In this document: positions 18,373 through 25,322 of the stretch, piece by piece | How the letters are laid out: each line of letters begins with the position of its first letter | Numbering within the stretch: the stretch's first letter is position 1 | From: Clostridiales bacterium | GTDB taxonomy: Bacteria > Bacillota > Clostridia > Oscillospirales > QAMX01 | NCBI GenBank assembly: GCA_012514045.1 | Contig: JAAZBA010000059.1 | Coordinates: 1-33,825, forward strand | Direction: 5' to 3' | Length of the DNA: 33,825 bases | Program-made: the position numbers and the translations under genes | The notes under the pieces: model-generated | Told to the model about the DNA's origin: nothing | Database searches by the model: none | Seen by the model: only the letters and a program-made list of their open reading frames with translations

Positions 18373-19977
18373 TTAGTCCTCCACAGCTAATTTATTTAAG
18401 ATTTCAAGCGTTTCTTCTACGAGCTCCTGACCGCCCTCAGCGGAAACAAGATTGCAGAACATGGATGCGGAATAGCCCTTGCCTTCCACACCACGCTTGG
18501 TGGCGAGATAGGAGCCGCCGCCCATACCGGGCTGGCCGGCAAGTTGAACGATGAAGGTCTGTTCGAAGGGACTTCTCGCCTGAATACGGTGCATATAGTC
18601 CATATACAGCTCGAAACGGTTCGAAGCGAAGGCGATGTCGCCGATTCTGATAACGTGCATCTCCATCGGGAGCTTTGGGTTCTCTTTCTGTGTCTCGTAG
18701 CGCTTGATGACGCCCAGATAGCGGTTTCTCTGTCCCTTGAGGTTGGAATTGCGCTCAAGATTGAGACGCGGAGAACCGTGATCAAAGCTGTACGGAATGT
18801 CCTTTATAGCGTCAAGCTGGGCTTTACAGAATTCGTATTCCTCGTCGGTTATGATCCTGCGGCTCAGCTCAACTGTCTTTACCACATGCGTAATAGGAGC
18901 CTCTTTGCGGATGTCATTTTTTGCCCAGGCGAGAGTTTCCTCGAAAGCGAAGGCGACTCTCTCGGCTATATCGCGGCGCTCAAGAGCCTCGACATTCTTC
19001 GGGATATCCTCCTCGGTGAACTCATCGCCGTACTTGAGCGCGAAGCGGCGCAGGCGGGCTTGCTTGTACATGAGAAGATGGGGAGACAGGTCACCGCCGG
19101 CGGCGCACTGTCCGAGAATCATGATGTCCTCGCCGAATTTTGCGCGTACCGCTTTTCTTATGTCGTGCCAGTAGTCTGCTGTCAGTCTTATGCGGGACTC
19201 GCCTTCAGAATTCTGTGAAGGGCAGGGGATATTGATGATGGCGCCGGTCAGCTTGTCGTTTGCGTCAAAGGTGAACATGAGGTTGACAAAGTGGTCGGCT
19301 CCCGCCTCAAAGTGGCTGAACTGGTCATCATTGGTGTTGCCGTACATGACCGCGTGACCGTGGAGAGAGGTCAGCGGGTTGAGGACGGTCGTGGGGCGCT
19401 TGCCGAAGTCATCAAAATAGACGGTTCTGCGGCTGTGCGAAACGACAGCGTAGCTGTAGCCATAGCTGATTCCCGCTTCGGCACGCTTCTCATACGCTTC
19501 GCAGATAGCCTCAGCGGCTTTGTCGGAAAGAAAATCGCGGTACTTATCGCTGGAGCCGAACTCCATACCATCTCTCGGAACGCCCATGAGGGAGGTGGGG
19601 ATGTAGTCATCGAGCATCTTCTGAAGCTCTTCAGGCGTGTACTGCTCCTTGATGGTCTCGTCTATCTCGCCGCCGTCGTAGTAGTGGCTGGGCGCTGTGT
19701 GCTGATGCATGGCGGACGCCAGAATTTTCATAACAGGGATAGCGGGGTTCTTGCGGCGAACTTTGCCGCGGATCTCGTCGAGCAGAAAACAGCGGATAAC
19801 AACAAGATCCATCGACAGGAATATGGCGATGTCGTTGTCGTCCTCTACAACGAGCGCGGTAGTTGTGATGGGGTCAATTATTTTCTCGGAGATACGCATC
19901 TCAAATGTACCGGGGATGTATACGGGACAATCCGGCGTCACATCGCGCTGAGCCCAGCCGATTCTAAGCTTTCCCAT
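18373..19977 (-). CDS. Ceramidase-like putative metallohydrolase, tandem paralog 5 (first of the five in the operon; subclade A)
   Basis: 534 aa with the same invariant blocks (MHQH for the H-x-H). By eye it is closest to paralog 4. Confidence 0.6.
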   Translation of the reverse strand: MGKLRIGWAQRDVTPDCPVYIPGTFEMRISEKIIDPITTTALVVEDDNDIAIFLSMDLVVIRCFLLDEIRGKVRRKNPAIPVMKILASAMHQHTAPSHYYDGGEIDETIKEQYTPEELQKMLDDYIPTSLMGVPRDGMEFGSSDKYRDFLSDKAAEAICEAYEKRAEAGISYGYSYAVVSHSRRTVYFDDFGKRPTTVLNPLTSLHGHAVMYGNTNDDQFSHFEAGADHFVNLMFTFDANDKLTGAIINIPCPSQNSEGESRIRLTADYWHDIRKAVRAKFGEDIMILGQCAAGGDLSPHLLMYKQARLRRFALKYGDEFTEEDIPKNVEALERRDIAERVAFAFEETLAWAKNDIRKEAPITHVVKTVELSRRIITDEEYEFCKAQLDAIKDIPYSFDHGSPRLNLERNSNLKGQRNRYLGVIKRYETQKENPKLPMEMHVIRIGDIAFASNRFELYMDYMHRIQARSPFEQTFIVQLAGQPGMGGGSYLATKRGVEGKGYSASMFCNLVSAEGGQELVEETLEILNKLAVED

Positions 19978-20022
19978 AATAAATTACCTCTTTCTTTCGT
20001 CATTATTTGTAAGGATATGGAA

Positions 20023-20069
20023 ACTGAGCCGCAGTTATGATGTTGCAAACATAATGATTACGGCTCAGT
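20023..20069 (-). other. Intercistronic stem-loop between the oxidoreductase pair and the five paralogs
   Basis: ACTGAGCCG (20023-20031) pairs with CGGCTCAGT (20061-20069) as a 9-bp stem around a 29-nt partly self-complementary loop. On the minus strand it is followed by only a weak U-tract (UUCCAUAU). Confidence 0.4.
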
Positions 20070-20082
20070 ATTTTACTATTAT

Positions 20083-21165
20083 TTAGTTGATGCGCGGGAC
20101 ATCAAGCCATACATGGCCCTGTACGGCGGCCTCATGGGCGATAAGTCCGGGGATTGTAAGCTCCATCGCCACGTCGACAGTCGTATACGGCTCCTTGCCG
20201 TACTGGACATAATCGAGGAACGCCTGAGAGATAAAGTAGTCGCTCGAGCCATGTCCGCCGGCAGCGAAAAGCGGCGCGTCAACAGCGGTCTGGTTTGAGA
20301 TGATGGGAATGGTGTTGCTGTATTTTGGATCGCTGCCCTCGAAGTAACGGCGGCCTTCGCCCTCGAAGCTGTGACGGGAAGCCTCGAGAGAGCCCTTCGT
20401 ACCGTAGATGTTGTAGGTTACAAGGCTGGGCTCACGCGGGGTGACCTGGCTGCGGCAAATTTTGACGATTCTGCCCTGCTTTGTTTCAAACAGCGCGACC
20501 TGCATATCGATAGTGGACGGCCACAGACCTTCCTGGATAGTGTTTTTGTTGCCCCAGGCGGTAGCCTTGGTTATGTAGTCACCGTTGCCGATAAGGAACA
20601 TTATCGGACCGAGGCAATGGGTGCAGTAGTGTATCGGCGGACGGTAGGTACGCCAGAATGTCTCACCGGTCTCGTTGTCGATGAGAAGATTTCTGATGTC
20701 ATGGATGTACTCACCCTCAGCGTAATGGATGTTTCCGATCTTGCCTGCGTCGATGTACTTCTTCCACTGCTGGATATAATCGTAATAGATATAGTTCTCG
20801 GCGAGCATATACTTCGCCGTTGAGCGTTTTGCGGCATCATAGATTGCCTGGCAGCCTTCGATGGTGTTCGAAGCTGTAACTTCGCTGAATACATGTTTGC
20901 CTGCGTCGAGAGCCTTTACGGTCTGCTCGGCGTGGAAGGGGATAGGTGTTCCGACAACGACGGCGTCTATGTCGGCATTGAGAAATTCATCGAAATCTGT
21001 AAAACACTGGTTATCGGCAAGATTGCAGTCCTTGGAAGACTGCTCAAGGCTCGTCTCGTTGAGGTCGCAGATAGCGGTTATCTCAGAGCGATCGCCTCTG
21101 CCGAAATTCTTCATATAATTGCCGCCGCGGCGAATGCCGACTACGCCAACCTTCAATTTATCCAT
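20083..21165 (-). CDS. Gfo/Idh/MocA-family NAD(P)-dependent oxidoreductase, paralog 1
   Basis: 360 aa. The N-terminal Rossmann segment is LKVGVVGIRRGGNY...ITAICDL...DAVVVGTPIPFHAEQTVKALDAGKHVFSEV. The C-terminal alpha/beta domain carries the EGEYIHD block. GAGGAGG RBS. Confidence 0.8.
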   Translation of the reverse strand: MDKLKVGVVGIRRGGNYMKNFGRGDRSEITAICDLNETSLEQSSKDCNLADNQCFTDFDEFLNADIDAVVVGTPIPFHAEQTVKALDAGKHVFSEVTASNTIEGCQAIYDAAKRSTAKYMLAENYIYYDYIQQWKKYIDAGKIGNIHYAEGEYIHDIRNLLIDNETGETFWRTYRPPIHYCTHCLGPIMFLIGNGDYITKATAWGNKNTIQEGLWPSTIDMQVALFETKQGRIVKICRSQVTPREPSLVTYNIYGTKGSLEASRHSFEGEGRRYFEGSDPKYSNTIPIISNQTAVDAPLFAAGGHGSSDYFISQAFLDYVQYGKEPYTTVDVAMELTIPGLIAHEAAVQGHVWLDVPRIN

Positions 21166-21200
21166 AGTTTATGCTTCCTCCTCTTTTAATACTTCCGTTC

Positions 21201-22283
21201 TCAGTCAGTGAAATGCGGAACATCGAGCCATACGTTGCCCTGTACGGCAGCCTCGTGGGCGATAAGTCCGGGAAGAGTAATCTCCATGGCGCGGTCGACA
21301 GTCGTCGGAGGAGTCTTGTCGAACTGGATGAAATCAAGAAACGCCTCGGAAAGATAGTAGTCGCTTGTTCCGTGACCGCCCTTGGCGTAATCGGGAGCCT
21401 CGATCTCGGTCTGATAGCAGTTAATGAGCTTGCCTCTGTGGGTATCCTCGCCCTCAAAGTAACGGGAGCCGACGGTCTCGCCGCCGTGACGGGTGTTCTC
21501 GAGGAAGCCCTTGGTACCGTAAACACTGTAGTAAACGGTGTGCGGCTCGGGACGCGGGGTGACCTGGCTGCGGCAAATCTTAATGCCTCTGCCTTTCTTC
21601 GTCTCAAATAGCGCGACCTGCATATCGATGGTGGAGGGCCACAGACCTTCCTGGATGGTGTTCTTGTTGCCGCTGGCGGTAGCCTTGACGATGTAGTCGT
21701 CATCGCCTATGAGGTACATAAGCGGGCCGAGGCAGTGGGTGCAGTAATGTATCGGCGGTCGATATTTACGCCAGAAGGTCTCACCGGAATCGGTGTTAAT
21801 AAGAAGATTTCTGATGTCGTGGATGTACTCGGCTTCGGCATAGTGGATGTTTCCAATCTTGCCAGCGTCGATATACTTCTTCCACTCCTTGATGAAATGG
21901 AAATAGATGTAGTTTTCCGCGAGCATATACTTAGCCTTGGAGCGCTTCGCGGCGTCATAGATAGCTTTGCAGCCCTCTACGGTGTTGGCAGCGGTGACCT
22001 CGCTGAGGACGTGCTTGCCAGCGTCGAGAGCCTTTACACTTTGTTCGGCATGGAAAGGAATGGGTGTTCCGACAACTACGATATCAACATCGGTGTTGAT
22101 AAACGCATCGTAATCAGTGAACACCTGATTGTCTGAGAGATTAAGATCCTTGGAGACCGCCTCGAGTCTCTTCTCGTCGAGGTCGCAGATAGCGGTGACC
22201 TCGGTGCGCGCGTTCCTGGCATACTTCATCATGTAGGAACCGCCGCGGCTGACGCCAACCACGCCTACCTTCAACTTGCCCAT
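21201..22283 (-). CDS. Gfo/Idh/MocA-family NAD(P)-dependent oxidoreductase, paralog 2 (first gene of operon)
   Basis: 360 aa and collinear with paralog 1 over its full length, with long identical peptide runs such as VVVGTPIPFHAEQ, KYMLAENYIY, WKKYIDAGKIGNIHYAE, PPIHYCTHCLGP and IQEGLWPSTIDMQVALFETK. AGGAGG RBS. Confidence 0.8.
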   Translation of the reverse strand: MGKLKVGVVGVSRGGSYMMKYARNARTEVTAICDLDEKRLEAVSKDLNLSDNQVFTDYDAFINTDVDIVVVGTPIPFHAEQSVKALDAGKHVLSEVTAANTVEGCKAIYDAAKRSKAKYMLAENYIYFHFIKEWKKYIDAGKIGNIHYAEAEYIHDIRNLLINTDSGETFWRKYRPPIHYCTHCLGPLMYLIGDDDYIVKATASGNKNTIQEGLWPSTIDMQVALFETKKGRGIKICRSQVTPRPEPHTVYYSVYGTKGFLENTRHGGETVGSRYFEGEDTHRGKLINCYQTEIEAPDYAKGGHGTSDYYLSEAFLDFIQFDKTPPTTVDRAMEITLPGLIAHEAAVQGNVWLDVPHFTD

Positions 22284-22358
22284 ACTTGCTTTCTCCTCCT
22301 TGTAAATATAGGGTTTATTTTACCATAGGAAAATATGTGTATATCGTCCTTACATTGC

Positions 22359-22387
22359 ATTGTATCATCTGCCGATGACGGTGTAAA
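22359..22387 (-). promoter_or_regulatory. Sigma-A-type promoter of the oxidoreductase/paralog operon
   Basis: On the minus strand it reads TTTACA (22387-22382), a 17-nt spacer, then TGaTACAAT (-10 hexamer at 22364-22359). It lies about 75 nt upstream of ATG 22283. Confidence 0.65.
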
Positions 22388-22450
22388 CAGTAAACAAGGC
22401 ACTTTAACTGTATTTTACGGACTAATGACAATGAAAGAATAATTTTCACG

Positions 22451-22480
22451 CTTGATAAAACGGACAAAGAGTGAAAAAAA
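22451..22480 (-). promoter_or_regulatory. Locus motif copy A1 (putative operator/activator site)
   Basis: On the minus strand it reads TTTTTTTCACTCTTTGTCCGTTTTATCAAG. This is 25/30 identical to 25051-25080 on the + strand. It lies 63 nt upstream of the -35 hexamer. A weaker second copy lies at 22408-22437 (CTTTCATTGTCATTAGTCCGTAAAATACAG). Confidence 0.55.
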
Positions 22481-22490
22481 GGAACGAATT

Positions 22491-24620
22491 CTATTTTCTG
22501 TATTGACCCGGAGCCACGCCAAAAACTTTCTTAAAAGCCTTATAGAAGGTGTTTGCGGAGTTGAAACCGCACTTGGCGGCAATGTTCGCGACCGATTCTC
22601 CGGTGTTCGTCAGAAGCTCCAGCGCTTTCTCCATCCTTAGATGCTCAAGGTACTCGGAGAAGCCGTATCCGGTGAAGTCCTTCACGATTCTGCCGACCTG
22701 CTTGGTGGAGATAGAGAACTTGTCGGCGATAAGCCCGGCGTACAGATCGGGATTCTGAAAGTTTTCCTCGATATATGTCACAAGGCTTTCCTTGTAGCTT
22801 TTAGCGCTGACAGATTTTTTCGTGCTGCCCGAAAGCTCCAGGCAGATATCCCCAAGTCTGGAAAACTGCTCGGCGGCGGGACGCAGATCATCGTATATAG
22901 GAAGAAATACATCGCGCTCACGTCTCTGCTCGTAGACCAGCATCGCGGGAACGCTTCGCAGAGCATAGTAGAAACTCTTTATCGTTTCAATATCTTCTCC
23001 CGCCGTCGCAACAGCCTGCGTTATTACCTCAAAAATTCTTTCGACCTCGCTGAGGTTATTCCTTTTTATCGCGGCATTGAGTGAATTGATGACAGGGGCG
23101 ATTGCCTCGTCTGACGGTGTCGTTTCGGAGCTGTCCCTCGGTTCAAGATAGCGAAGTGTACCGGGCGCATCGGGAGCGTACGCCTGTGTCTGCAGAAATA
23201 CACGCCGCACATTTACAGCGCCCGTGAACACTTCGGACACAACCACACGCAAATTTTCGTAGGGACTTATGAGCCTGTCAAATTCAGCGTTTTTTTCTGC
23301 TTCGAAAAGCGCGGCAAGACAGTTGGAGTTAATTCGGACGACCGTTATATCATCGCTGTCAAGCATAGGCATAAGACTTTCCGCCGTTAAACCGCTTGTA
23401 TCTGTATTGATTATGGCAAGGCGGGAGGGACGATCGAACATATTATCCGACCGTATAGCGGCTTCATACGCGCCGCCTAGCATGGCGTTGAGAAGCGTAC
23501 TTGAGCGAAGACAGCGTCCCGTCTCACGAAGCGAGGAGCGCAGTTCGTTGTTTGATATGGTGAGCTCCGCCGACACGCGGCGCAGGAAATCGAATTCATC
23601 GATACTGTTGCGCATCGTGTAGTCGCCGCGGCTTTCCTTTACAAGCCTGTATATGGGACGGTACGTGTAGAACGAGAGCACCAATACCATAAATACTCCG
23701 ACGAGCAGCATAACAATAATATATGTGAAAATAATGCGTTTTAGAGGCGCCGCCTCCTCTATGAAATAATCATCGGGAATACTGACGCTGATTTTTGCTT
23801 TAGCTACGGGTATATCATATGTATATACCGAAAACCGCTCCGTTCCCGCTGCCCCATAGGAGGTAAGCACGCTGCCGGAGTAATCTGTGACAGTGATATA
23901 CGAGTCTTCAGGGAGGTTTTCAAAGCCAAAAAGCTTCTCTAACTTTGACATCGGATATAAGGCGCAGAAGGTGGCAGTGCCGCGGTTCGGGCGCGTGACA
24001 AAAGTAAGGCAATCGACCTCTGCCACATTGTCAAGATATGCGTTTTTAATCGGCGATTGGGGTAAAAAACCCTGAGTCTCTGAGCGGGAAATCACAAGCG
24101 AGCTCATCTCGGCGCCTGTTTTCCCGCGATAGACCATAAATTTCCCGAAGAATTCGTTTCGGTCCATGTAGATGGAATTTAGGGATATTACCTTGGAATT
24201 GTTGTGAAAGAGTATAAATAGCTCCTTGACGCCTTCGATGCTTGAAGCGCAGCTTGCAAGCTGTCTTCTAACGTTGATTAGGCTGTAAATGTCCTGCGAT
24301 GTAAAGCGTTCGTCGGTAAGGGAACGAAGCATAAGAAAATCACCCGGAGGTATGGAATTATTGATGTTCATCACAGTTTCCAGCGACATTGTGAAACGCT
24401 CTGCGCCCGTGTCCAGTATAAGCTCGCAGTCGTGACGCGCTTCGCGGTCAACAACCTTTATCGCCGTTCTGTATATCGGTACGGAGAAGACAATGATGAT
24501 GGAAAGGACAATGAAATATAAGACAATGTAACGATACAGGACTGACTTTCCGCGTCCATGGCGGGGTTTTACGATACTATTGTCTGTATTTTCAATATCT
24601 TCGCTGATTTTTCGAGGCAT
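22491..24620 (-). CDS. Membrane-spanning AraC/XylS-family one-component regulator (TM - extracytoplasmic sensor domain - TM - cytoplasmic linker - HTH_AraC)
   Basis: 709 aa with two hydrophobic segments (YIVLYFIVLSIIIVFSVPIY and IIFTYIIVMLLVGVFMVLVLSFY) bracketing about 270 aa. The C-terminus is a canonical double-HTH AraC domain (LIADKFSISTKQVGRIVKDFTG...IAAKCGFNSANTFYKAFKKVFGVAPGQYR). GGGAG RBS 8 nt upstream. Confidence 0.8.
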   Translation of the reverse strand: MPRKISEDIENTDNSIVKPRHGRGKSVLYRYIVLYFIVLSIIIVFSVPIYRTAIKVVDREARHDCELILDTGAERFTMSLETVMNINNSIPPGDFLMLRSLTDERFTSQDIYSLINVRRQLASCASSIEGVKELFILFHNNSKVISLNSIYMDRNEFFGKFMVYRGKTGAEMSSLVISRSETQGFLPQSPIKNAYLDNVAEVDCLTFVTRPNRGTATFCALYPMSKLEKLFGFENLPEDSYITVTDYSGSVLTSYGAAGTERFSVYTYDIPVAKAKISVSIPDDYFIEEAAPLKRIIFTYIIVMLLVGVFMVLVLSFYTYRPIYRLVKESRGDYTMRNSIDEFDFLRRVSAELTISNNELRSSLRETGRCLRSSTLLNAMLGGAYEAAIRSDNMFDRPSRLAIINTDTSGLTAESLMPMLDSDDITVVRINSNCLAALFEAEKNAEFDRLISPYENLRVVVSEVFTGAVNVRRVFLQTQAYAPDAPGTLRYLEPRDSSETTPSDEAIAPVINSLNAAIKRNNLSEVERIFEVITQAVATAGEDIETIKSFYYALRSVPAMLVYEQRRERDVFLPIYDDLRPAAEQFSRLGDICLELSGSTKKSVSAKSYKESLVTYIEENFQNPDLYAGLIADKFSISTKQVGRIVKDFTGYGFSEYLEHLRMEKALELLTNTGESVANIAAKCGFNSANTFYKAFKKVFGVAPGQYRK

Positions 24621-24664
24621 ATCGCAATCTCCCTTCCATCAGTTTTGAAACGGTTTATTAAATA

Positions 24665-24693
24665 ATTATACCATGTAATTTGAAGATTTTGAA
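24665..24693 (-). promoter_or_regulatory. Candidate promoter of the AraC-family regulator gene
   Basis: On the minus strand it reads TTCAAA (24693-24688), a 17-nt spacer, then TGgTATAAT (-10 hexamer at 24670-24665). Confidence 0.5.
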
Positions 24694-24722
24694 GTCTTTT
24701 TTTTAATAAATTTTCCTAAAAG

Positions 24723-24744
24723 TCATTATTTTCCGTTTTGTCAC
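24723..24744 (+). promoter_or_regulatory. Locus motif copy C (degenerate), upstream of the regulator promoter
   Basis: TCATTATTTTCCGTTTTGTCAC compared with the B1 core TCATTGTTTGTCCGTTTAATCAAC. It shares the TCATT..TTT..CCGTTT..TCA skeleton with one indel. Confidence 0.35.
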
Positions 24745-25050
24745 TCTCTGATTTGGGATATATACACTAAAAACTCAAGCATAAAGAGCTATACCGATTG
24801 CCCCGAGATAACATGGACTGCTTACACGAGATATGAAGGGGCAAGCGGGACTACTGTTATCGCCTGTTTCCTTAAACAAACAGTTCGCCCGGTAGAGAAT
24901 TGCTCTCCAATCAAACAATTTAAGCCACAGCCGCTGAATAAGACGCACCTGCATAGTCCGTGAGTCGTTGTCTTCGATTTGGGACAATGTTCAACGTGCT
25001 CTTAATACTTCCTGCCAAAGATTTCCTTATTTGTTCAACATAGATTTTCT

Positions 25051-25080
25051 GTTTTTTCATTGTTTGTCCGTTTAATCAAC
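25051..25080 (+). promoter_or_regulatory. Locus motif copy B1 (putative operator/activator site)
   Basis: GTTTTTTCATTGTTTGTCCGTTTAATCAAC is 25/30 identical to copy A1. It has the same orientation relative to its downstream operon and the same 63-nt distance to the -35 hexamer. Confidence 0.55.
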
Positions 25081-25143
25081 AGGCGAATCCACACAATCTT
25101 CACACAATGTCTCAACAGTAACGATATATGGCGCTATTTCATG

Positions 25144-25172
25144 TTTACTTTTGGGCAAAATGTCGATATAAT
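25144..25172 (+). promoter_or_regulatory. Sigma-A-type promoter of the ABC importer operon
   Basis: TTTACT (25144-25149), a 17-nt spacer, then TATAAT (25167-25172). It lies about 150 nt upstream of ATG 25323. Confidence 0.65.
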
Positions 25173-25322
25173 CATTATATAACCTAACGGACACGGCTGC
25201 CGGCGCATATGAGGGATTGGCGCAGTCTACAATTGACACAAGCTGTGTGTGATTATGTTTCGCCGTTCCCGAAATACAAGACCTGCAATTCCGTGTACGA
25301 ATATAATAAAGGAGTATATCCC

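Noticed and set aside
11780-19977. Possibility that the five-fold repeat is an assembly artefact, or a CRISPR-like or other non-coding repeat array.
   Set aside because: The copies are substantially diverged at both protein and DNA level, by eye identical at only about half to two-thirds of residues. They have different lengths, distinct junctions and individual RBSs. They are full-length genes, not short repeats with spacers.
12905-20040. Many long + strand ORFs antisense to the five paralogs (for example 12905..13444, 13959..14450, 15606..16229, 17469..17945, 18544..19218, 19291..20040).
   Set aside because: They lie entirely inside well-supported minus-strand genes and lack RBSs. Their products are low-complexity (Arg/Val/Gly/Ala-rich), as expected for shadow frames of GC3-biased genes. 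The same applies to out-of-frame same-strand ORFs such as 21158..21703 and 17675..18112.
22452-22640. 62-aa + strand ORF (MIKRTKSEKKE...) overlapping the 3' end of the AraC-family gene. A similar MIKRT.. mini-ORF can be read on the minus strand at about 25080.
   Set aside because: The resemblance between the two is explained by the shared 30-nt DNA motif (copies A1 and B1), not by coding. The second mini-ORF stops after 14 codons.
24775-24987. 70-aa minus-strand ORF in the regulator/SBP intergenic region.
   Set aside because: It has no RBS, no recognisable motif and an odd composition. I kept it only as part of a low-interest note on the long spacer.
25209-25322. Listed upstream start (MRDWRSLQL...) for the SBP.
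   Set aside because: There is no RBS. It would put 38 non-signal residues in front of a textbook lipoprotein signal peptide, and the region overlaps the predicted 5' UTR. ATG 25323 with a GGAG RBS is preferred.
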